Positions 1 through 9,349 of a DNA stretch of 64,000 bases are shown one piece after another (the first letter of the stretch is position 1; every line of letters starts with the position of its first letter). The notes beneath the pieces were generated by a model. It made no database searches. It was given only the letters and a program-made list of their open reading frames with translations, and was not told the DNA's origin. Both the position numbers and the translations under genes were made by a program. The DNA comes from Promethearchaeota archaeon (GTDB lineage: Archaea > Asgardarchaeota > Lokiarchaeia > Sigyniarchaeales > SOKP01), in contig JAUVXW010000009.1 in the NCBI GenBank assembly GCA_030603385.1, positions 62,958 to 126,957 on the forward strand, written 5' to 3'.

Positions 1-131
1 ATAGATTTTAATCAAGATTCTCAAGGTATACAAGCCATTAAAAATCTCTACTCTAAATTAAAAAAATTGAAAAAAGAAATTATCGATTTATAGTTCTCCA
101 TAGATTTATTTTTAATTCTATAAATCTTAAG

Positions 132-374
132 TTATAGCATCTCGGATAAATCTAAATCTTGTTCTTCTGCAAGTTCCTTCCACTGTTCTATTGACTCTAA
201 TGCATCTTTTTCATCCATCATTTCAATTGCATAACCTGCATGGACAATAACGAATTTCCCAACCTCTGGATCTTGAATTAAAGCTATAATTACTTTTTGT
301 TTGATACCATCAAAATCTATTAATGCTGAATTTCCATCGATTTTCAAGATTTTTCCTGGTATGGCTAGACACAT
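132..374 (-). CDS. hypC: Hydrogenase maturation chaperone HypC
   Basis: N-terminal MCLAIPG and VIVHAGYA motifs; 80 aa. Confidence 0.97.
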   Translation of the reverse strand: MCLAIPGKILKIDGNSALIDFDGIKQKVIIALIQDPEVGKFVIVHAGYAIEMMDEKDALESIEQWKELAEEQDLDLSEML

Positions 375-542
375 ATTAAATCAGTTTGGAACTTTATTTT
401 ATACACATTTGATAATATATAAAACCAAATAAAATTATTGATTCATTTTCAAAAGAGAACCATTTATTTTTAAGTATAATGAAAACAATATATTTCTAAT
501 ACATTAGCTTAAAAATTCATTAAATAAAATACGTGAAGAAAA

Positions 543-1097
543 ATGTTCTTGGATAGATTTAAAAAATTTCCTAAAAATAGAATCTTGTACCTTATAACAA
601 TAGCAGGTTTCTTGATCGTTCTATTAGTAGAAATATTCGTATTTATACCTATTGAAGCTACTGTCTCTGGGTATGGTATCTTGGATTATGAGTTTGCTTG
701 GACTTCAAGCCGAGTCGAAATTATTTTTTCTGTGTGGGGTACTGATGGAATAGATAATCAACTAATGGCAATATATTGGGACTTCTTATTTATTGTTGGC
801 TATGTTTCATTGGCTTTTGGTTTAATAATCATAGTATTACGGAGATCAAATAGCAAAATCGAGACTATTGGATCTTTTATGGCTATAACACCCTTTTTAA
901 CAGGAATTTTTGACGTAATTGAGAATGTATTTTTAATAACAATGGCTAATACTCCGACTTCTGTTTCAAATCCTCAACCTTTAATAGCCTCTTTAAGCGC
1001 AACGCTGAAATTTGGTCTCTTATTTGCTGCAATAATATATTTCGTTATAGCCCTAATAACTATTTTAATCACCAAATTTAAAAAGAGAAATGAGTAA
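543..1097 (+). CDS. Hypothetical integral membrane protein (~4 TM)
   Basis: Four hydrophobic segments; D-x-x-E-N motif (FDVIENV). Confidence 0.75.
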   Translation: MFLDRFKKFPKNRILYLITIAGFLIVLLVEIFVFIPIEATVSGYGILDYEFAWTSSRVEIIFSVWGTDGIDNQLMAIYWDFLFIVGYVSLAFGLIIIVLRRSNSKIETIGSFMAITPFLTGIFDVIENVFLITMANTPTSVSNPQPLIASLSATLKFGLLFAAIIYFVIALITILITKFKKRNE

Positions 1098-1157
1098 AAA
1101 TCGATTTAATTAAACAGTATAATTAAATTAACAAGGAGCCCAAAGGCTCCAGTTTGG

Positions 1158-1958
1158 CTAATCTCTTCGAGAATAAAAGGCAACTAAATCATCAAGCCAG
1201 TTAAAGATCTCTTCCTTAGATAAGCCATCAACATTGAATTTTAGTCTATCTAATTCTCGTAATAAATTCTTTATATCTAAGGGAACAGGATTATGACATA
1301 ATTCAAATAAGTATTCATTAGTCTTTGTTACTAGTGCCTTTATACCTAAATCCATCGGATCAAAAACTGATTTTTTAGTTACTTCACTAATGCTTTTATC
1401 TAATTCAACCAGATGATTTATTAAGTCAAATAGACGCCCAGTTTCATTTCCCTTAAAGGAACTCCCTACTTGATAATAATATCCTTTATAATCATCTATA
1501 GGTATTAATTCCATATATTTATTGGCTATTTTGATAACAGATTTCACATTTTTATAAAGGTTTGATGGTGCCCATGAATGAATATCAAAACTGGATTCAA
1601 TTTTTTCATTATGAACTACTAATCTAAATTTATGCTCATCCTTAAAATAACCAAAAGGAATTATGACAAAATCCAAAGAATTCATAGGTTCTTTATTTAA
1701 AACATATTTAAGATCATTTATCATATGAATTTGATCAATCGAATGCTTATAAAGATCAAATTTAATTCTTGTAGAATGAGGCTTATACATATAAAAAAGT
1801 AATCCTTCAAATCCTTGGATGTCTAATTCTATTGAATATTCTATTTGTTCTTGAATGATGTCTCTATTATTAAATCTTATATTCAAAAACAAATGATAAT
1901 AATTTTCTATATGATGAAAAAACCAAGGAACCTCCCGATTTAGATTATAAAGAACCAT
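1158..1958 (-). CDS. Hypothetical protein
   Basis: 266-aa ORF, no recognisable motif. Confidence 0.65.
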   Translation of the reverse strand: MVLYNLNREVPWFFHHIENYYHLFLNIRFNNRDIIQEQIEYSIELDIQGFEGLLFYMYKPHSTRIKFDLYKHSIDQIHMINDLKYVLNKEPMNSLDFVIIPFGYFKDEHKFRLVVHNEKIESSFDIHSWAPSNLYKNVKSVIKIANKYMELIPIDDYKGYYYQVGSSFKGNETGRLFDLINHLVELDKSISEVTKKSVFDPMDLGIKALVTKTNEYLFELCHNPVPLDIKNLLRELDRLKFNVDGLSKEEIFNWLDDLVAFYSRRD

Positions 1959-2160
1959 ATTTAGCTCAATTCAAGAAATTAATTGTTATATTCTTATATT
2001 TAAAAAGTTTAAGAAACCCAACTTATTAATGAAATCTTTATTATTTAAATTTTACAATCCAGAAAATTTCTTATTTTGTAATAATCCCTAAGATAAATAC
2101 AATGGAATTGGATAATTGTACAAATTTATAAAATTCCAAATTATCTTTCTTATTTAAACT

Positions 2161-2358
2161 TTACAACCGTTCTTCTAATCTCTTTTTAGCATTTTCCATG
2201 ACTTGTTTATGAGGAATTACTTTTCCTAGCTCAACCTCTTCAATGCCCGTTAATATCTTCTTTTTAACATATAGATGATACATGATATCATCAATTGTAG
2301 CATCTTCTGGTAATTTTCTTATAAGAGCTATTATTTCTTCCTTAAGATTAGTAGTCAT
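2161..2358 (-). CDS. Putative addiction-module antitoxin-like protein, no intact toxin downstream
   Basis: KLPEDATIDDIMYHLYV...GKVIPH pattern typical of small antitoxins found upstream of RelE/ParE toxins. Confidence 0.6.
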   Translation of the reverse strand: MTTNLKEEIIALIRKLPEDATIDDIMYHLYVKKKILTGIEEVELGKVIPHKQVMENAKKRLEERL

Positions 2359-2516
2359 AAGTTCTCACTATCTAAATAACCATTTTAACTTTTATAATTA
2401 CTTATCCACTTCTAATAACAAGAACTCATTAAATTTAAAAAAAAAATAATTGACAATCCAAATTACAAAAAATAAAGAAAATAAAAAAAATAAATTAAAT
2501 ATTAATTTAAGACTTT

Positions 2517-3380
2517 TTATAAATCTATTTTCAATCGGACTCGATGGAATTTTAATCCTATATCATCAGGACTAATTCCCATTGCTAAAGCATACAATTC
2601 AGTTAAATACAGAACAGGTATATTATATTCTGTCTCAAACTTCTTAGAAAGATCTCTTTGTCGTGTATCAAATTGTTGGAAACAAGCAGGACAATTTACT
2701 ACGATTATATCTGCTCCCGCATTTTTAATGCTATCCATCTTAATCTTTAGATTTGCTAATCCATGTTCTTCATATGCATTTGTAACTGCAGATCCACAAC
2801 AAAGTGCTAACTCTTCATAATCCACAACTGTTGCACCACTTGCAGCTACAAGTTCTTTTAAGTTTACAGGTCTCATCGGATCATCTGATTCCATCCATTC
2901 AGCGGGTCTCATATAATGACACCCAGGATGGCACGCAACTTTTAAACCGCTTAATTGTTTCGTAAAGGAACCTTTAATTTTATCAATCCCAACTTCGTCT
3001 TTTAAAACATCTACGAAATGCTTTACATCAATAAATCCCTTAAATTCTTTACCAATCTTTGCTAATTCAGCATTGACTTTTTCTTTCTTAAGACTATCAT
3101 GCTTCAGCTGATGCTGCACGCCTCTTAATGTATTTGTACAACCATTACATAAGGAAATAATGTCTTTTCCCTCTGCTTCTGCTAATGTAAGATTTCGCGC
3201 TCCAAGTGCTAGCCACGCATCATTATCGAAACTTTTCATTCCAGTTGGATCAGGACAACACGAAAATGGAGCCTGTGATGTCTCAATTCCAAGCTTTTCA
3301 AAAACTTTCTTTGAAGCAGCTTCGATAAAGGGGATTCGATTTCCAATAACACAACCTTGAAAAATTTTATATTCTGTCAT
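2517..3380 (-). CDS. hdrB: Heterodisulfide reductase subunit B
   Basis: Two CCG-type domains (GC...SCCP...CNGC; GCH...CCG...CPAC). Confidence 0.93.
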   Translation of the reverse strand: MTEYKIFQGCVIGNRIPFIEAASKKVFEKLGIETSQAPFSCCPDPTGMKSFDNDAWLALGARNLTLAEAEGKDIISLCNGCTNTLRGVQHQLKHDSLKKEKVNAELAKIGKEFKGFIDVKHFVDVLKDEVGIDKIKGSFTKQLSGLKVACHPGCHYMRPAEWMESDDPMRPVNLKELVAASGATVVDYEELALCCGSAVTNAYEEHGLANLKIKMDSIKNAGADIIVVNCPACFQQFDTRQRDLSKKFETEYNIPVLYLTELYALAMGISPDDIGLKFHRVRLKIDL

Positions 3381-3397
3381 TTTCTTTTACCCTCGAA

Positions 3398-3904
3398 TTA
3401 TTTTAATTTTTTATCTGAACCAATGTTTTTTAATAATGTTTGTACTTCATTAACATCCGGAACAATTATAGCTGGTAATCCTAATTGTTCTCTTCTCCTT
3501 TCAATTGCTGGTTGTGGTGGAATTGCTTTAGCACTATCGAATATTGCTTTAGCTTGTGCGTAAATGAAATCTGGACCCTTTCCTAAAGCTATACTTTGAT
3601 TTTTCAAAAAGGTAAAAATCTCAGTAAGCTCTATATTTTGAGGACAAACTTCATCACAAGTATCACATACAGTACAACCCCATATTCCTAACTCATCTCC
3701 TCCAAGAAGTAAATCTTTGTATCCTAAAAGAGCGGCTAAAATATTTTTTCTAGGATCGTATCCCGTTGTAGTATAAAAGTCAGCTGTAACAGCAGTTACG
3801 GGGCAATTATCGGAACATCGACTACATTGATAGCAATATTTAATTACATCAGACCCAATATGAAAATCCATAACTTGTTTTCTAAATTCAAAATTCGCTT
3901 CCAT
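3398..3904 (-). CDS. hdrC: Heterodisulfide reductase subunit C; start moved to ATG 3904 (MEANFEF)
   Basis: CYQCSRCSDNCP and CTVCDTCDEVCP 4Fe-4S motifs; adjacent to hdrB. Confidence 0.92.
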   Translation of the reverse strand: MEANFEFRKQVMDFHIGSDVIKYCYQCSRCSDNCPVTAVTADFYTTTGYDPRKNILAALLGYKDLLLGGDELGIWGCTVCDTCDEVCPQNIELTEIFTFLKNQSIALGKGPDFIYAQAKAIFDSAKAIPPQPAIERRREQLGLPAIIVPDVNEVQTLLKNIGSDKKLK

Positions 3905-3949
3905 TTTTTTTCCACTTTTTTTGTTTTTTTTGAATAACTTATTAATTTT

Positions 3950-4025
3950 GTAGGTTTTAACCCCACGCAAGGGGCAGTTATATCCAATTTCTATTATTTT
4001 TATTGGACATTCATCCTAAACCTAC
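3950..4025 (-). promoter_or_regulatory. SECIS-like RNA structure at the 3' end of vhuU
   Basis: Minus strand reads GUAGGUUU-AGG-AUGA-AUGUCCAAU-AAAAAUAAUAGAA-AUUGGAUAU-AA-CUG-CCCC-UUGCGU-GGGG-UUA-AAACCUAC. It has AUGA, a 9-bp stem and an A-rich apical loop, ~80 nt after the Sec codon. Confidence 0.6.
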
Positions 4026-4160
4026 GTTCATCTCTCGAGAGTAAATCTCTGCGCCTTCTTCATCAACAACTGTGATGTGAGCTGCGCATGATAGTCAACA
4101 GTCAAAACAACGAACTATCATTTCTAAGATATTTACTACTCCTTCTGGTATATCACTCAT
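4011..4160 (-). CDS. vhuU: Selenocysteine-containing small subunit VhuU of F420-non-reducing hydrogenase (49 aa; absent from ORF track)
   Basis: Manual translation MSDIPEGVVNILEMIVRCFDC-U-LSCAAHITVVDEEGAEIYSREMNVGLG; TGA at 4095-4097 sits at the first Cys of the DPCxxCxxH Ni-binding motif that the upstream large subunit lacks. Confidence 0.93.
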
Positions 4161-4193
4161 CTTTTTTTTTCACACTCTAAATTTTGATTTAGT

Positions 4194-5501
4194 TTATTTT
4201 ATCCATGGTTCTGGTAATTTTAATCCATCTAACGCCTTATCTTCAAATACCTGTTTAGCAACATGCATTAATGTTTTTTCGATTCCAGCAATATTGTGAT
4301 TAGTCGCAACTAAGAGATTTGCTTTCTTACAGATACCTTCAGCATCTGAAAAGATATGGTACAACAAAAGTCCTCTTGGTGCTTCTACTACGCCAACCCC
4401 ATCAGCTTCTCTTGGCTGAACATCCAATGTTTTGCAATCCGGATTTACAATATCAGGATCCTGAAGTAATGTAGCAATCATTTCAATTGATTCAACAAGT
4501 TCTATAAGCCTAGCCCAGTGATATGCAAATGTGTGATGAGGTATGTTTGTTCCCAATTTGGCTCTCATCGCTTGTAATGCTTCATCGGCTAAAGGTGTTG
4601 CCATTTTATCAGCAGCGTTAATCATTGCTAATGTGTTTGCTCGATAAATACCTTCAGGATATCCAGCAGGTTTATAATACATATGGGTTGCATAAGAATG
4701 TTCAGGAATGTGTTCTCCTAAGGCATCTAAATATTTTTGAGGAGCATAATCAAATTTTTCTCCAGTAGGAGAAACAATTCTAATATCTCCTTCATAGATG
4801 TCGTGAACACCATTCTTAGTCATTCCTACGTAGTATGTTGGAACAACTCCTACGTTAGCTACAACGTCCCAATAGTCATCGATAACCTTTAAACCAATTT
4901 CAACTGTTTTCTTGCTCCATTCTACTTGGTCTTCAATCTGCTTCAAAAATAAGTCTCGAGCACTTTCATCCATTGGTTTTTTCATACCTCCAACTATTGC
5001 AGATACTGGATGAACAGACTTCCCACCTACTGTAGCACACAATTTCTGTCCAAAATCCATCATTTTCAATGCCATTGCACCTACATCTGGCATTTTATTG
5101 ATTACATGAACTACATTCCTTAATGCAGGATCAGCGAAAGGTCCTAATAAGAAATCAGGAGCTGCAAGTGCATAGAAATGTAACGTATGTGAGGAGTATT
5201 GTTTTGCATTTATTAACAATTGTCGCAATTTCAAAGCTGGAGTAGGGATTTCGACACCCCACGCATCTTCAATAGCCTTAGTTGGAGCTATATGATGAGG
5301 AATTGGACAAATTCCACAAATTCTAGGTGTTATTCTTGGAATGTGTTCACAATAACGTCCCTCAAGAAATTTTTCAAAAAACCTCGTTGATGTGATGTTA
5401 AATTGAACATCTTGAACTTTTCCATCATCACTTAAAACTATTCTCAAACCTCCGTGCCCTTCTAATCGAGTTACGGGCTCTACTACTATTTCTTTTACCA
5501 T
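4194..5501 (-). CDS. vhuA: Group 3c [NiFe(Se)] hydrogenase large subunit VhuA/MvhA; start moved to ATG 5501
   Basis: EPVTRLEGHG, RICGICPIPH, EAPRG; ends without the C-terminal DPCxxC motif. Confidence 0.93.
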   Translation of the reverse strand: MVKEIVVEPVTRLEGHGGLRIVLSDDGKVQDVQFNITSTRFFEKFLEGRYCEHIPRITPRICGICPIPHHIAPTKAIEDAWGVEIPTPALKLRQLLINAKQYSSHTLHFYALAAPDFLLGPFADPALRNVVHVINKMPDVGAMALKMMDFGQKLCATVGGKSVHPVSAIVGGMKKPMDESARDLFLKQIEDQVEWSKKTVEIGLKVIDDYWDVVANVGVVPTYYVGMTKNGVHDIYEGDIRIVSPTGEKFDYAPQKYLDALGEHIPEHSYATHMYYKPAGYPEGIYRANTLAMINAADKMATPLADEALQAMRAKLGTNIPHHTFAYHWARLIELVESIEMIATLLQDPDIVNPDCKTLDVQPREADGVGVVEAPRGLLLYHIFSDAEGICKKANLLVATNHNIAGIEKTLMHVAKQVFEDKALDGLKLPEPWIK

Positions 5502-5505
5502 TTTT

Positions 5506-6813
5506 TTATACACCTCCTTTTCTACTTGCCAGAGTGAATTTTTCAAAAGTGCCAATAGGATCTTTTACCTGAGCGAGTAGTTCCTGTTTGGATAAACTCA
5601 CATTAAATCCTTTCAATACTGTATCCGCAAATCTCTCTGCTTGGTTAACACCCCATTCTGTTTGGCCATAACAGCCAGAACATGGTGTATTAACCTTTAT
5701 ACATAAACCACCGCAGCCAGCACGAGTGACAGGTCCCATACAGATATATCCTTGTTCAATAAGGCAATCATCCATATTAGGAAGTCCCTCATAGTCTCTT
5801 TTAACTCTTGTCATCGTTGATTTACTTCCAATAATTCTTGGACATGTGTCACAAACATTTGAAATTTCAGTGAATTCTGGATTATCCCTTAGAAAACTCA
5901 TTAAACTCCCTGAAATTTCTGTAGTTGTGGGGGGCATATTTGCTAAGGGTGTCTCAGGTGCTCCGCGTTTCTTAATTTGTTTTAAGATATCTCCAGCTAA
6001 ATCAAATCCCGCCATTAAGGGAATATTGAGAAACAGCGTTAAGAATTCATAGAGGTTCTTTTTATCACCTGAACTGATTGAGCCAAGGTTTTTAGTCATA
6101 TTATTCAGCTTCTCCGCTCTAGAATCTACTGTTTTTGCCGGTCCAAAACAACCTACACAAGGTTTTCTATCACTTGTACACTTTAAGCTACAGCCGATAC
6201 TTGTAATAGGTCCGAAGCATAAGGTTCCTGCATCTAATAAACAACTATCTTTTATCGCACAATCATTACAAAATGCGAGATCATTCATAGGAAAAGGTTT
6301 TTGTCCCAATAAAAAGACCACCGAACTTATAATTTGTTCTGTCTTAGGAGGACAACCCGCCATATAAACGTCTACATTGATAACCTCATCAACATTTACA
6401 ATCTTATCTTGAAACGGAGGTACATGTTGAGTTGGAATCGTCTGATCAGTTGCAGATTCTACTTCCATGAATTTTCGTTTTATACATTCTTCAATGTCCC
6501 ATTGATTCGCTAAACCTGCTACATTTCCATAGCAGGAACATGAACCAAATGCTATAATAAGAGCACATTTCTGTCTCATCAGTTTAACATTTTCATAGTC
6601 CTCTTTTGTTCTGATTGCTCCTTCAATAAAACCGACTAATATTGAACCGTCTTCTCTAGCTTTTAATGAATCGTGTTTGAAATCAACTACTGCTGGCCAG
6701 TAAACTATTTCGAGTGCTGGAAGAACTGGTAACAATCCTAAGTGTGCATTTAATAAGGACTGATGACATCCCCAACAATCGGAAAGTTGCATAAAAGCTA
6801 CTTTTACTGCCAT
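5506..6813 (-). CDS. vhuG: Hydrogenase small subunit VhuG/MvhG with duplicated C-terminal Fe-S domain
   Basis: CWGC, FGSCSCYG, GCPP, followed by two Cys-rich C-x-GP-x-T-x-x-GC...PCxGC blocks. Confidence 0.9.
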   Translation of the reverse strand: MAVKVAFMQLSDCWGCHQSLLNAHLGLLPVLPALEIVYWPAVVDFKHDSLKAREDGSILVGFIEGAIRTKEDYENVKLMRQKCALIIAFGSCSCYGNVAGLANQWDIEECIKRKFMEVESATDQTIPTQHVPPFQDKIVNVDEVINVDVYMAGCPPKTEQIISSVVFLLGQKPFPMNDLAFCNDCAIKDSCLLDAGTLCFGPITSIGCSLKCTSDRKPCVGCFGPAKTVDSRAEKLNNMTKNLGSISSGDKKNLYEFLTLFLNIPLMAGFDLAGDILKQIKKRGAPETPLANMPPTTTEISGSLMSFLRDNPEFTEISNVCDTCPRIIGSKSTMTRVKRDYEGLPNMDDCLIEQGYICMGPVTRAGCGGLCIKVNTPCSGCYGQTEWGVNQAERFADTVLKGFNVSLSKQELLAQVKDPIGTFEKFTLASRKGGV

Positions 6814-6969
6814 TTTACATCATTTTTTGTTTATAGTTTTTAAATTAATTTTAAATATAATTGTTTAGGTTAATTTATTTCCCACTCAATTAAAAAATTC
6901 TGCTTTTCTTTATCTTTGGAGTAAAATTGTTTATGGATAAATATGAATTATTATTCATAACTAATTTTT

Positions 6970-7094
6970 TTTTAGGTTCAGTTAATTAGATGAATGAATT
7001 CTTTTGAATAATTATTCATTTTATTGTAAATTTTGTCTATAAAGGTATCATTTCTAGCAATTCTTACTTAGAAGAATTTAGCTAATTTGATAAT
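6970..7094 (+). repeat. Dispersed ~125-bp repeat, copy 1 (possible IS-end remnant)
   Basis: Closely similar to 46673-46803 in the same orientation; begins TTTTAGGTTCAGTTAAT. Confidence 0.85.
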
Positions 7095-7492
7095 TAAAGA
7101 AAAAGTTTTCTTTATCATTTAAACCATTGATAAATAGATACAGATTTTGAATAATTATTAATTTTATATAATTGTTAGATTATATTCGCAACGTCAAAAA
7201 TAACAAATCTAACTATTCCTAGAACTATTAATATATGTCCTAAGTGTAATAAAAAAAGTAAAATAACTCAAGATAAAAGTATGAACAAAGATGAAATAAT
7301 TCAGTGGTTTTCTCTCTTCATCAATATAAATAAAGATAATTTCACATTAGATTGGTTTAGAGGGCAAAAGTTAACATTTGAGAGTATTTATGAAATGAGA
7401 AAACAACCTTATTAATCAAAATTTATATAAAAGAAAGCAACCTAATTATTAATTACTTACAAATTATATTTTACAAATTTGGCGAAATTAAT

Positions 7493-8851
7493 ATGAAATC
7501 AAATACAAAATCAAATTTAATCATTATAGGATTCCTTTTCGCATTATCAACGATGATAAGCATTAATCTCAATTCTGATGCAGGAAATAACGATAGAAGT
7601 ACGGAATATAGTGATGATATTGAGTTTGATTATGAAAATGTGAAACTCTCAAAAATATCGGGAAAAATTCATATTGATAATAATTGGACTGTTGCCAAGA
7701 GTGCGGGAATTTGTACAGGTTCTGGCACTTATTCTGATCCATATGTCATAGAAGATTTGGTAATAGATGGTAAGGGAACGGGAAATTGTATATTGATTGA
7801 AGACTCTAATGTATTCTTTAAAATAGAAAATTGTACGCTTTATAATTCCGGAGGTGGACCACTTACGGCTGGGATTAAGTTAGATTCTGTTCGTAATGGA
7901 TTATTAATCCAAAATAATGTTTTAAATAACTATGCATTTGGGATATATTTACTGTCTAATGAAAAAGTAAAAATTATAGGAAACACCGTAAGTAACAACG
8001 TCGCCGATGGAATACAATTATCAATGGCTAATAATAACACGATTTCGGGAAATGATGTAAATACTCATCCTTATTGGGGAATAGATTTACACCATAGTGA
8101 TAATAACATGGTTTCGGACAACACTGCAAGCAACAATGATGATGGAATACGTTTAGGGTTAAGTAATAATAACATAATTTCGGGAAACACTGTAAATTCT
8201 AATAATAATTTTGGGATAGAGATAATAACTAGTGATAACAACACGGTTTTTGACAACACCGTAAACAATAACCGTCAAGGGATAGAATTAGGTAAAAGTG
8301 ATAATAACACGATTTCGGGAAACACCGCAAATAATAACAGAGAGAATGGAATACGTTTAGGGTTAAGTCATCATAACAAAATTTCGGGAAACATTGTAAA
8401 CAACAATACTGAAGATGGGATATATATACACTATAGTAATAATAACACTGTCTCGGGAAACACTTTATTCAACAACAACAATACAGGGGTATATATAAGC
8501 TCTATTTCCAATAATAACAACATAGCTCTTAATTGCTTTATTACTAATACTATCAATGCTGTTGATTATGGCTCGGGTAATCAATGGGATAATGGAATTA
8601 GGGGGAATTATTGGGCGGATTATGCTGGTTCAGATGCTAATGCTGACGGAATTGGTGACATTCCGTATAATATTACAGGTTCTGCGGGAAGTCAGGACAA
8701 TTTTCCATTAATGAAATGTCCAATTTCAACTCGAAAGGGTGGGGGGGTTCCTTTCGAATTGATTATTTTAATTTCGGTTATTAGTGGAGGAGCAGTAATA
8801 GGTGTAGCAACCTTACTGTTAATTAGACGTAAAAGGAAAGGAATACAATAA
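7493..8851 (+). CDS. Membrane-anchored parallel beta-helix (NosD/CASH-type) surface protein
   Basis: Signal peptide, ~22-aa GI-x-L-x-x-S-x-NN-x-I-SGN repeats, GNYW-x-DY...D-x-x-PL motif, C-terminal TM + RRKRK. Confidence 0.88.
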   Translation: MKSNTKSNLIIIGFLFALSTMISINLNSDAGNNDRSTEYSDDIEFDYENVKLSKISGKIHIDNNWTVAKSAGICTGSGTYSDPYVIEDLVIDGKGTGNCILIEDSNVFFKIENCTLYNSGGGPLTAGIKLDSVRNGLLIQNNVLNNYAFGIYLLSNEKVKIIGNTVSNNVADGIQLSMANNNTISGNDVNTHPYWGIDLHHSDNNMVSDNTASNNDDGIRLGLSNNNIISGNTVNSNNNFGIEIITSDNNTVFDNTVNNNRQGIELGKSDNNTISGNTANNNRENGIRLGLSHHNKISGNIVNNNTEDGIYIHYSNNNTVSGNTLFNNNNTGVYISSISNNNNIALNCFITNTINAVDYGSGNQWDNGIRGNYWADYAGSDANADGIGDIPYNITGSAGSQDNFPLMKCPISTRKGGGVPFELIILISVISGGAVIGVATLLLIRRKRKGIQ

Positions 8852-8908
8852 TTAAATTTTTTTTTCCTATTTTTTTATTATTTTAAAATACTTAGTTTTT
8901 AACCCTCT

Positions 8909-9196
8909 TTTTCAATATCTCCAAGTATCTAAATCTAAGATAAATTCATCTGCGAAACCTTCCAATCAATCTATTTACTCTACGCCACTATTTGAAAGTT
9001 CATATTCAAAAGGGCGCCTATAAGGATTATGCTTACGCCTTATTAATCCATTTCTGCGATAGTGCCAAATAGAGCTATTTACATTATTACTGTCTATGTT
9101 AGGTTCTATTTTTTGAAGGGATTCGGCTATATCTCGAACTATAGTCTCTTTATTCTCATTATTCATTATCTCAATTACAGTAAGAATTTGATACAT
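8909..9196 (-). pseudogene. Winged-HTH protein, apparently truncated by nonsense codons
   Basis: wHTH wing GLIRRK...YELSNSG; frame continues E*ID*LEGFADEFILDLDTWRY*. Confidence 0.5.
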
Positions 9197-9349
9197 TCTA
9201 CTTCATTAAGGATTAATTTTGAAAATGAAAATTTTATATAATAGCGAATATACTCAAACAATTTTATATAAAAATTTATGAAAGTTTCCAAAATTATAAA
9301 TATAATAATTAATTTATAATAATTATAAATTTAAAAAAAATTTAAATTT

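Noticed and set aside
2000-2160. RelE/ParE toxin downstream of the antitoxin-like ORF
   Set aside because: No intact ORF or recognisable motif.
3905-3970. N-terminal extension of hdrC in the ORF track
   Set aside because: Lys-rich low-complexity translation overlapping the SECIS-like structure; the HdrC-like sequence begins at ATG 3904.
5502-5555. N-terminal extension of vhuA
   Set aside because: Overlaps the vhuG 3' end; SD GGAGGTG precedes ATG 5501.
7900-8520. Nucleotide repeats (ATTTCGGGAAAC etc.) as a DGR or repeat array
   Set aside because: Explained by beta-helix protein repeats; no reverse transcriptase in the window.
8852-9349. attL/attR direct repeat with 42541-42860 (e.g. TTAGTTTTTA at ~8892 and ~42689)
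   Set aside because: Only 10 bp of low-complexity AT sequence, expected by chance; no tRNA nearby.
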